Of a stretch of DNA of 64,000 nucleotides, positions 36,440 to 44,581 are shown one piece after another. The notes under the pieces are model-generated. The model did no database searches, had not been told where the DNA came from, and saw only the letters and a list, made by a program, of their open reading frames with translations. The DNA comes from an uncultured delta proteobacterium (GTDB lineage Bacteria; Myxococcota_A; Polyangia; Polyangiales; Polyangiaceae), in assembly GCA_963850305.1 (NCBI GenBank), contig CAWKKR010000007.1, positions 960,001 through 1,024,000 of the forward strand. The letters run 5' to 3'. Every line of letters starts with the position of its first letter. The first letter of the stretch is position 1. The position numbers were made by a program, and so were the translations under genes.

Positions 36440-37567
36440 ATGAACCGACTTCAACATACTAGCCTGCTTGGTGGTCTCCTTCTCGGCGCTTGCGCTCTTT
36501 CAGCCTGTGGCAGCAGCAGCAACAGTCCACCGAGCGGAGGTACTGGCGGCGGTCAGGGCTTCGGAAGTGGCGGAGAGACCTCTGGCGGCGGCAGTGGACA
36601 GGGGTCGGGTGGTTTCGACACCACCGGCGGCGGTTCGGGGAATGGCGGAGTGAGTGAGTCGGGCGGCAGCAGCAACGGCGGCTCGTCCGCGGGTGGCGCT
36701 TCCGCAGGCGGCGGCGCCGCCACCGGGGGCGCGGGCAGCGGCGGCTGCGACACGACGACGGGAACCTGGGCTATCGACTTCAAGACGAACGTGTCCTGGG
36801 CGGGAACCCTGGTGCTTGTCGCGGGCAGCGGCAGCCAGGAGCTGAAGATGCTCTCGCACCGCACCGCGAGTGGTACGACGGTGACCGACGCAGCCCAGAT
36901 CTGCTCGGTAACCATTCCCCCGTTTCCGATCCTCGGGGGCATCGACCAGATCAAGATCGTCTTCCCGGCTGCGGCGTTCGGCGGTCCGCCGATCAACACG
37001 ACATTGACTACCACGGTGAGCGGCAGCGGTGCTGGCGCCACATTCACGAGCGCCGATAGCGCCGTGCTCGTCGGTGGGAATCTTGCGAAGCCTCTGACCG
37101 ACCCTTGGCCGTGCTTCGGCACCACGGCTGGCTGCGGGCAGACCTATCCGGGTGCGCCGACCAATGTGACGGTCTCGGCCTTCAGCGTGGACGCCGACGG
37201 AGACTCGAAGCCCGGCGTGACAGCAACGGCGACGCCCCCGGGCGGGAGCTGCTCCAATTGCACCCTCGTGCCAACCTCCGCCGGGCCGACTGCGGACGAA
37301 CTCTATCTCGCATTCATCACGATCGCGAGCGCGTCGGGTACCATGGATTCATGCACCCACGGCAGCGGACCACTCGATCTCAAGTCGATCAACCAGTCCA
37401 TCCTCGGCTGCCACAACAGCGACAACAGCGGCGATTGCGACCAGGCCCAGGTGCAATACGTGAACGACAACTCGCCCGACTGGGTGCCGGCAACCGGCGG
37501 CACCATCACCATGGTGAAGCTCGCGGACGGCGCGACGTGCGCGGACGTGGCGACCGCCGCGTTCTGA
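36440..37567 (+). CDS. Cys-rich lipoprotein with Gly/Ser linker, unknown function
   Basis: AGAGGA RBS; lipobox LSAC; long Gly/Ser tether; beta-rich domain with DADGDSKPGVT and several Cys pairs. Confidence 0.85.
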   Translation: MNRLQHTSLLGGLLLGACALSACGSSSNSPPSGGTGGGQGFGSGGETSGGGSGQGSGGFDTTGGGSGNGGVSESGGSSNGGSSAGGASAGGGAATGGAGSGGCDTTTGTWAIDFKTNVSWAGTLVLVAGSGSQELKMLSHRTASGTTVTDAAQICSVTIPPFPILGGIDQIKIVFPAAAFGGPPINTTLTTTVSGSGAGATFTSADSAVLVGGNLAKPLTDPWPCFGTTAGCGQTYPGAPTNVTVSAFSVDADGDSKPGVTATATPPGGSCSNCTLVPTSAGPTADELYLAFITIASASGTMDSCTHGSGPLDLKSINQSILGCHNSDNSGDCDQAQVQYVNDNSPDWVPATGGTITMVKLADGATCADVATAAF

Positions 37568-37587
37568 GAGCGGTCACTGTTCGGTGG

Positions 37588-37622
37588 CGGGCGCGGCCGG
37601 GAGGCCGCGCCCGTTTTCGTTT
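37588..37622 (+). terminator. Intrinsic terminator
   Basis: CGGGCGCGGCC-GGGA-GGCCGCGCCCG followed by TTTTCGTTT. Confidence 0.75.
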
Positions 37623-37849
37623 CACCAATGGTCGGCGAGGTCGGCGACCGGACGCACCGTCCGATCTCGCGATCTTTCGAAGCGTTGGCGGATTGTCGTT
37701 GCGATACCTGAGGCAGTCGGGATGCCTGGATGCAGCGTGGCCACCATCCGATAGTCCGTGCGTTCGGCAGGATTACACCACTGCCAGAAACACGAAACGC
37801 CGACGACCCCGAACGGGGCCGCCGGCGTCGCGTCGCCGCGCTCGGCGAA

Positions 37850-39373
37850 TCAGTTCCCCGTCGGCGTCCCCGTCGTGCTCTGCACGTCGCAGGTTCCGTC
37901 CGCGATGTTCGTCGCGGCGAACGCCTGGTACGCGATCGTCCGGTAGGCGTCGTGGCAATCGCCATGCGCCGCGGTATCGGTGCTCGAACACCAGTCGCCC
38001 GTGGGCATCCCGTTGACGGGGTCCATCGCGTTCCACTTGGGGTTCACCCGGCACCGGGCGTCATTCGAGGTTCCCCACCCGCCCGCGATCGAAACCGCGG
38101 GCGTCGGGTAGAGGTAGCAGAGCGTCTGGCTCAGCACGTTGCTCCAGATCTGCTCGAGCTCAGCGATGAGGAAGTAGCCCTTCGTGACTCCGGGCGCGGT
38201 GCCGTCGATGGTGGTGGCGCTTCCCCAAGGGTTGCTCGGGCCCGCGGACGTGGTGTTGGTGGTGGCGCCCCCCGGTGCGCAGCCCACCGTCGCGAGGGCG
38301 TCGCCGTGGAAAGTGCCGACGCAGTTCGGATGAGCGGGGTCGTTGAACGTGCTGTTGATCTCCGCTTCCCGGATCGGGATGAGCTCGTACGCCGTCGGCA
38401 CGAGCGTGTCGTAGAGGATCTGCCAGCCGACGGGCGAGTAGCCGTGGGACTGCTTCGTCGTGTCGTCGTAGAAGAAGACGCCGGTGAAGCCCTGTTTTCC
38501 GAGATCGCCGGTCGTCTTGTCCAGCCGAGCGAGGATCTGCTCGCGCTGGGTGGTGTATTTGCCGATCCCGGCGTCTGCGCCCTCGGGGGCGATGGCGGGG
38601 TTCGGCGCGGCCGTCAGGTCGAAGTCCACCGGCAGGCGCTTGGCGAACGCGGGGGCCACGTTCCACGGCTGCGGCATGGGGTTCGTGAGACCGACCGGAT
38701 ACGGGGGCAGCGTTGCCGCGAGGCCCTGTCCCGCCACGTAGAGCTGGGAGATCCCTAGGCTGCCGCTTCCCGAGGCTTCCTTGTAGGAACCCGTCCAGCT
38801 GCTCGCCGTCGCCATGCAGAGGCCGTTCTTGAGCGAGTTCTGCACGGAGGTCGTCACGGTGTCGCTCGACGACCCGTTGCTCAGCGTCTGTAGCAACGTG
38901 CTGAACCCGACGCGCGACGTACCGGCGTTGAGATCGAAATCGACGAGCTCGATGTAGCCGCTGTCGCCGCTCAGGCCACAGGTGCTGTCCGGGATCGTCG
39001 TGAACGCGTTGAGCGTCTGATACACGACGGATTCCTGGAGCCCGGCGGGCGAAGTGGGATTCACCCACATGTTGCGCATTTGAATGCGCTTCGGGGTGAG
39101 CGTGTTGTCGCGTGTCGCGAGGCACTCGGAGCCCGGCGAGCCGTTGCCGGAGCTCGTGGAGTAGCAGCTCGGGTCGGTCGGGCAGCAGGCACCTTCGCAT
39201 TTGGTGTTGCCTCCGCCGTCCGTCGACGAGACCGCGCCGCCGCCGTCCGCGCCTCCGGCGCTGGTGGCTCCGCCGGCTCCGCCGGTGGACGACTTGGACG
39301 TTCCACAGGCGGTCACGCCCATGAACGCGCACGCCCCTGCCGCAATAAGAAATCCCATTCCGTAACGAATCAT
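37850..39373 (-). CDS. Cys-rich lipoprotein, unknown function
   Basis: AGGAGG RBS; lipobox VTAC; Gly linker; CEGACCPTDPSCY and many further Cys. Confidence 0.85.
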   Translation of the reverse strand: MIRYGMGFLIAAGACAFMGVTACGTSKSSTGGAGGATSAGGADGGGAVSSTDGGGNTKCEGACCPTDPSCYSTSSGNGSPGSECLATRDNTLTPKRIQMRNMWVNPTSPAGLQESVVYQTLNAFTTIPDSTCGLSGDSGYIELVDFDLNAGTSRVGFSTLLQTLSNGSSSDTVTTSVQNSLKNGLCMATASSWTGSYKEASGSGSLGISQLYVAGQGLAATLPPYPVGLTNPMPQPWNVAPAFAKRLPVDFDLTAAPNPAIAPEGADAGIGKYTTQREQILARLDKTTGDLGKQGFTGVFFYDDTTKQSHGYSPVGWQILYDTLVPTAYELIPIREAEINSTFNDPAHPNCVGTFHGDALATVGCAPGGATTNTTSAGPSNPWGSATTIDGTAPGVTKGYFLIAELEQIWSNVLSQTLCYLYPTPAVSIAGGWGTSNDARCRVNPKWNAMDPVNGMPTGDWCSSTDTAAHGDCHDAYRTIAYQAFAATNIADGTCDVQSTTGTPTGN

Positions 39374-39530
39374 GTGAGTGCCTCCTGAATGACGACCACG
39401 TTAGAAAACCAAGAGTGTGACCGCCGCGAAGCGGACATCCGTCACTTTATCGCTCGAGCGCGACTTCGCCCGTCCCTGCGGCGCTGACGGCGGAGGGAGG
39501 AGTAACAGCGCTTCGCACCCGGCGTCAACG

Positions 39531-39544
39531 TGACTCACGGGTCA
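39531..39544. promoter_or_regulatory. Putative TetR operator (TGAC-N6-GTCA)
   Basis: TGACTCACGGGTCA next to the minus-strand TTGACG (-35) of the lipoprotein gene. Confidence 0.5.
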
Positions 39545-39619
39545 TCCCTCACACTCGTCCCGCGTCGCAACGCGTTGGTCCCGCGGTCCGATACGGCGCG
39601 CCGCGACGCATCACGTGCG

Positions 39620-39660
39620 TTGACGCCGGTGCGGGCGAGTGTAGTCTGACGCGGGCGTCA
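39620..39660 (+). promoter_or_regulatory. tetR promoter with overlapping operator
   Basis: TTGACG-N16-TAGTCT, overlapped by TGACGCGGGCGTCA at 39647-39660. Confidence 0.6.
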
Positions 39661-39679
39661 AGTTTGGACGCTCGTCCGG

Positions 39680-40390
39680 ATGTCTCCCAAAACCAGCCGA
39701 AATGCGGCACCCGTGAAGGGCGCTCGCCGGAAGCGCGCCGCGCCGCGGGTGGACGTGGACCCCGCGGACGGCAAGCGCGAGCGCAACAAGGCGCAGAATC
39801 GGCGGGATATCCTCGTTGCGGCGCGTGAGGTCTTCACCGAGCTCGGCTACGACGGCGCGACGGTGCGCGACGTCATCCGGAAGACGCGGCTCGCGTCGGG
39901 GACCTTCTACAACTACTTCCCGGACAAGGAGTCCGTGTTCCGCGCGCTCCTCGTCGAGAGCGAAGAGCGCCGCCACGAATGGCTCCGCAAGGTCGAGCGC
40001 CGCGACGGGGACTACGAAGAATATCTCCGCGACACGTTCCGCGCGTACTTCGAGTTCGTCATCTCCGATCGCACGACGTTCGATCTGATGCGCAGGAACG
40101 CCGCGACGATTCGCGCGTTCGCACGAGACCCGGTCATCATCGACGAGCGCGCGCGCCTGAGCCGGGCCCTCGGCGCGGCGATGGACAACGAGCGCCTGCC
40201 GCACTCCGATCCGGAGTTCCTCGCGAGCGCGATCCTCGGCATTGCGTTCGAAGTAGCGGTCCTCATGGTCGATCGGGATCCGATCGACGACGTTCGCGCG
40301 ACGGAGTTCGTCACGGACTTATTTCTTGGGTTCTTCGCCCGCGTACGCCGCGGCGAGGCCATGGCCGCGCCGCGTACGCGAACGGCGTGA
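39680..40390 (+). CDS. TetR/AcrR-family transcriptional regulator
   Basis: RERNKAQNRRDILVAAREVFTELGYDGATVRDVIRKTRLASGTFYNYFPDKE HTH. Confidence 0.95.
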   Translation: MSPKTSRNAAPVKGARRKRAAPRVDVDPADGKRERNKAQNRRDILVAAREVFTELGYDGATVRDVIRKTRLASGTFYNYFPDKESVFRALLVESEERRHEWLRKVERRDGDYEEYLRDTFRAYFEFVISDRTTFDLMRRNAATIRAFARDPVIIDERARLSRALGAAMDNERLPHSDPEFLASAILGIAFEVAVLMVDRDPIDDVRATEFVTDLFLGFFARVRRGEAMAAPRTRTA

Positions 40391-41096
40391 GTCGATGCGT
40401 CGTCTCTATCGCGCATCCAGCCCTCATCGGCGAGGCTCACGACGCGATCGGCGAACGATCGCGTCGTGATCGGCAACGATCCCGCCGAGGACGGCAACAT
40501 CCGCGTCGAGGATGGCAACGTCCGCGTCGAGGATGGCAACGTCCGCGTCGAGGATGGCAACGTCCGCGCCGAGGATGGCAACGTCCGCGCCGAGGATGGC
40601 AACGTCCGCGCCGAGGATGGCCGCATCCGCGCCGAGGACGGCCGCATCCGCGCCGAGGACGGCCGCGTCCGCGCCGAGGACGGCCGCGTCCGCGCCGTGA
40701 TTGGCGACGATGTCGCCGAGGACGTCCACGATGCCGCCGAGGACGCGTGCGTCCTCACTTCGGATACGGCCGTCCTCGGTCCGACTACCTGCGTCCTCGC
40801 CTCGGGGACTGGCGTCGAGGACGTCTCAGGTGCGATTCATGTCGAGGCCTTCAGGTCGTCGCGGCGCGCCGTTCGCGTCCTTCCGGCGAGACGTCACAAA
40901 GTCGCACCAACAACTTCCCTCGAATCGAACGTAACACTAGCGTCACTTTTTGAGCATCGGTCGAGTCTAGCTGCTCATGGTCGATCGGGATCCGATCGAC
41001 GACGTTCGCGCGACGGAGTTCGTCACGGACTTATTTCTTGGGTTCTTCGCCCGCGTACGCCGCGGCGAAGCCATGGCCGCGCCGCGTACGCGAACG
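40262..41096 (+). repeat. 123-bp direct repeat of the tetR 3' end (40262-40384 and 40974-41096)
   Basis: The copies differ at one position (GGCGAGGCC vs GGCGAAGCC); offset 712 bp. Confidence 0.95.
40484..40693. repeat. Tandem array of 10 x 21 bp (GYCGAGGAYGGCMRCRTCCGC)
   Basis: Ten adjacent units without spacers; reads as (A/V)EDG(N/R)(V/I)R in one frame. Confidence 0.95.
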
Positions 41097-41202
41097 ACGA
41101 TGCGACCGTTCTTCACGTGGGCCTTCAGCGCGCTCATCGACGAGAACCCTAGCGCAGTTGCTAAATGCGGCCCAGTGAGGGGGGGCCAGGGTCGACTCGA
41201 AC

Positions 41203-41231
41203 GTGACACCGGCGTCACCTTTTGCTATTAC
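41203..41231 (+). promoter_or_regulatory. Putative promoter/operator of the acyl-CoA dehydrogenase pair
   Basis: Palindrome GTGACACCGGCGTCAC overlapping GTGACA-N17-TATTAC (with an extended -10 TG). Confidence 0.6.
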
Positions 41232-41414
41232 GGCGAAGTCGACGAGCGCCGGTTGGCCCTCGCGGCAAAAATGGCCATAAGGCCAAATTGAGCGACGACA
41301 CTGTCTCGAGGGTCTGTTAAACGCGAGGACTCTCGATCGTGGCCCCCCAAGGCGCAAGCGGCCATCTCGCGGAAGCCGACTCGGCGCCTCAACGCAGCAA
41401 CAAAGGGAACCCGC

Positions 41415-42521
41415 ATGTACTCGTTCGAACCCACCGAAGAGCAGCAATCGATCATCGATACGGTGCGTGATTTCGCGAAGGCCGAAATGCGCCCGAAGAG
41501 CATGGAAGCGGACGAGAAGGACGCGCTCCCGGATGGCTTCCTGCAAAAGTCATGGGACCTCGGCCTTGCCGTCGCGGCGATCCCGGAGGCGTACGGCGGC
41601 AGCGGCATCGAGCGTTCGGCGGTGACCGGCTCGCTCCTCGCGGAAGAGCTCGGCTACGGGGACGTCGCGATGGGCCTGGCGACGCTGGTGCCCGCGCTGG
41701 TCGCGTACCCGATCGTGGATTACGGGACGGAAGAGCAGAAGAAGAAGTACCTGCCGCTCTTCACGGGAAGCGCGTTCCCGAAAGCGACCGCCGCGGTGGT
41801 CGAGCCGAGCATGGACTTCGATCCGACGGCGCTCACGACGACCGCGACGAAGAAGGGCTCGGGCTACGTGCTCTCGGGCAAGAAGTGCCTCGTGCCGCTC
41901 GGGAGCTCGGCCGAGCTCTTCCTCGTGTACGCGAGCGAAGGCGGAACGGGGTTCGACCACGTGCAAGCGTTCCTCGTGCCGCGCGGCGCGAAGGGCCTCA
42001 CGGTCGGTGAAAAAGAGAAGAACATGGGCATCAAGGCGCTCGACACCGTGCACCTCACGCTCGACAACGTCGAGGTGCCCGCGGACGCGAAGCTCGGCGG
42101 GGACAAGGGGATCAACTTCGAGAAGATCATGAGCTATTCGCGGGTCGCGCTGTCGTCGCTCGCGATCGGCGTGTCGCGCGCGGCGCTCGAGCATTCGACG
42201 ACGTACGCGAAGGAGCGCACGGCCTTCGGCGAGCCGATCGGGCAGCGCCAGGCGGTCGCGTTCATGATCGCGGACATGGCGCTCGAGATCGACGCGATGC
42301 GCGTGCTCGTGTGGGAGGCCGCGTGGCACCTGGACAAGGGCGGGCCCTCGACGCAAGAGACGTATCTGGCGAAGATGTACTCCGACAAGAACGCCCTGAA
42401 GGTGACGGACAATGCCGTCCAGGTGATGGGCGGGCACGGGTACATCAGAGAAAACCCGGTGGAAGGCTGGCTGCGCCACGCGCGCGGCTTCTACACCCTC
42501 GACGGCGTGGCCCTGGTCTGA
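41415..42521 (+). CDS. Acyl-CoA dehydrogenase (FadE24-like subunit)
   Basis: FEPTEEQ, EELGYGD, LSGKK, YAKERTAFGEPIGQRQAVAF, QVMGGHGYIRENPVE. Short C-terminus with TLDG instead of IxEG. Confidence 0.92.
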   Translation: MYSFEPTEEQQSIIDTVRDFAKAEMRPKSMEADEKDALPDGFLQKSWDLGLAVAAIPEAYGGSGIERSAVTGSLLAEELGYGDVAMGLATLVPALVAYPIVDYGTEEQKKKYLPLFTGSAFPKATAAVVEPSMDFDPTALTTTATKKGSGYVLSGKKCLVPLGSSAELFLVYASEGGTGFDHVQAFLVPRGAKGLTVGEKEKNMGIKALDTVHLTLDNVEVPADAKLGGDKGINFEKIMSYSRVALSSLAIGVSRAALEHSTTYAKERTAFGEPIGQRQAVAFMIADMALEIDAMRVLVWEAAWHLDKGGPSTQETYLAKMYSDKNALKVTDNAVQVMGGHGYIRENPVEGWLRHARGFYTLDGVALV

Positions 42522-42549
42522 GCGAAAAGGTTCAAAGGAGAAACGAGCG

Positions 42550-43812
42550 ATGGCAATCGATTTCGAACACCACCCGGTAGTGGCTCAGACGGCGATGATG
42601 ATCCAGCAGATGGCGGCATCCATGATGCGCCCCGTGGCGCGTGAAGTGGACGAGCACGAGCACAGCGATCCCACCGCGTACATCAACTTCATGTGGGACA
42701 TCATGAAGAGCGGCGCCGGCGGCGCTGCCGCGACGCAGTTCACCGGCGGCGCGAAGAAGAGCAAGGAGCCGAAGGATCCGAACGCGCCGAAGAAGCCCGG
42801 GTTCGGCAACGTGCTCGGAGCGGTGTCGATCGAGGCGATGTCCTGGGGCGACGCGGGCGTCTATCTGGCAACCCCGGTTGCCGGACTCGGGGGCGCGGCC
42901 GTCGCGGCCGCCGGCACCGACGAGCAGAAGGAGAAGTTCCTCGCGCGGTTCCAGGAAGGCGAAAAGCCGATCTGGGGCGCGATGGCCATCACCGAGCCGG
43001 GCTGTGGCTCGGACTCCGCCGCCATCACGACGACCGCCACGAAGGACGGAGATTTCTACGTCCTGAACGGCCACAAGATCTTCGTCACGAGCGGCAAGCG
43101 CGCAATCAAGGACTCGAACGGGTTCGTGGTCGTGTGGGCGACGGTCGACAAGAGCGCGGGCCGCGCGGGCATCAAGTCGTTCGTGGTCGAGGCGGGGACG
43201 CCGGGCATGACGCTCCTCGGCTGCGAGAAGAAGCACGGCATCCGCGCGTCGGACACGGCGCAGATCGTGTTCGAGAACTGCCGCGTGCCGAAGGAGAACC
43301 TGCTCGGTACCCCGGAGGTGGACCTGAACAAGGGCTTCAAGGGCGTCATGGCGACGTTCGACGCGACGCGCCCCGCGGTCGCGGCGAGTGCGATCGGCAT
43401 TGGCCGCGCCGCGCTCGAGTTCGTCAAGGAAGAGCTCGACAAGGCGGGCGTGAAGCTCCGCTACGGCATCACGCCGCACAAGCTCACGTCCCGCGAGCGC
43501 GACGTCATGGAGATGGAGGCGAATCTCAAGGCCGCCTGGCTCCTAACGCTCAAGGCCGCATGGATGAGCGACAACAAGAAGCACAACAATCTCGAAGCGA
43601 GCATCTGCAAGGCGAAGGCCGGCCTCGCCGTGACGCACATCACGCAGAAGGCCGTCGAGCTCATGGGCCCACTCGGCTACTCGCGCGACATCTTGCTCGA
43701 GAAGTGGATGCGCGACGCGAAGATCAACGACATCTTCGAAGGCACGCAGCAGATCAACATGCTCATCATCGCCCGCCGCATCCTCGGCTACGGCCGCGAT
43801 CAGCTGAAGTGA
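42550..43812 (+). CDS. Acyl-CoA dehydrogenase (FadE23-like subunit)
   Basis: AMAITEPGCGSD, LNGHKIFVT, GIRASDTA, LLEKWMRDAKINDIFEGTQQI. Confidence 0.93.
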   Translation: MAIDFEHHPVVAQTAMMIQQMAASMMRPVAREVDEHEHSDPTAYINFMWDIMKSGAGGAAATQFTGGAKKSKEPKDPNAPKKPGFGNVLGAVSIEAMSWGDAGVYLATPVAGLGGAAVAAAGTDEQKEKFLARFQEGEKPIWGAMAITEPGCGSDSAAITTTATKDGDFYVLNGHKIFVTSGKRAIKDSNGFVVVWATVDKSAGRAGIKSFVVEAGTPGMTLLGCEKKHGIRASDTAQIVFENCRVPKENLLGTPEVDLNKGFKGVMATFDATRPAVAASAIGIGRAALEFVKEELDKAGVKLRYGITPHKLTSRERDVMEMEANLKAAWLLTLKAAWMSDNKKHNNLEASICKAKAGLAVTHITQKAVELMGPLGYSRDILLEKWMRDAKINDIFEGTQQINMLIIARRILGYGRDQLK

Positions 43813-44077
43813 GCCCATAGCAACGCAGAGCGCGCCGATGCCCACCCCCGTCGGCGCGCAACGCGCCGCCGACCCCTCCCAAATCGCGCGCTCCGCGCGC
43901 TCAGGGAGGGATTGGTGGACGCCCGCACGCGATTGACGCGATGGGTCACCGAAGCCGCCTTGACGGCGGGCGTCGCCCTTCGTAATCGTGGCGCGATTCA
44001 TCGGCGCGAGAGTGACGCGAGCTGCCGATGTGGTTGAACCAATCGCGTGCGGCGCTAGCGCCGAAAGGGAACAGAAC

Positions 44078-44503
44078 ATGGCTGAATTCGAGGCAAGCTC
44101 ACCAGAGGAGCTGCGAGCATTGATCGAAGGTAGGTCGGACGACGAGATCAATGCGGGGCTCAAGGCAGGCGGCACGGCCGCCGCGCTCGACAAGGTTTTT
44201 CAGGGGATGGTCGACGCGTTCCTGCCGGCCAAGGCAGGGGGCCAGAGCGCCGTCATTCAGTACGACGTGACGGGTCCCGACGGGAAGCACTCGTATCAGC
44301 TCAAGGTCGCCGACGGCAAAGCACAGCTCCTGAAGGGAGCTCCGGAAAGCGCGAGGGTGACGCTGTCGCTCGCCGCGCCCGATTTCCTGCGCCTCGTCAC
44401 TGGCAAGCTGAATGGTCAGACGGCGTTCTTCCAGGGCAAGCTGAAGCTCTCGGGCGACATGATGTTCGCCCAGACCATGCAGTCCTGGTTCAAGATGGTC
44501 TGA
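44078..44503 (+). CDS. SCP2 sterol/lipid-binding domain protein
   Basis: VIQYDVTG, DFLRLVTGKLNGQTAFFQGKLKLSGDMMFA. Confidence 0.92.
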   Translation: MAEFEASSPEELRALIEGRSDDEINAGLKAGGTAAALDKVFQGMVDAFLPAKAGGQSAVIQYDVTGPDGKHSYQLKVADGKAQLLKGAPESARVTLSLAAPDFLRLVTGKLNGQTAFFQGKLKLSGDMMFAQTMQSWFKMV

Positions 44504-44523
44504 ACGCCGAAGGTCCACGGACG

Positions 44524-44557
44524 ACGGGCAGCCCGCCAGGCTGCCCGTTTTCTTTTT
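44524..44557 (+). terminator. Intrinsic terminator
   Basis: ACGGGCAGCC-CGCCA-GGCTGCCCGT followed by TTCTTTTTT. Confidence 0.85.
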
Positions 44558-44581
44558 GTGCGCCCTGCCGGGGCGCTGCGC

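Noticed and set aside
40484..40693. CRISPR array
   Set aside because: Units are directly adjacent with no unique spacers, and there are no cas genes in the window.
40262..41100. Diversity-generating retroelement TR/VR pair (the downstream copy has A at the mismatched positions)
   Set aside because: Only one internal mismatch, no reverse transcriptase in the window, and TetR is not a typical DGR target. The FGE-domain gene at 17611 has no matching template repeat.
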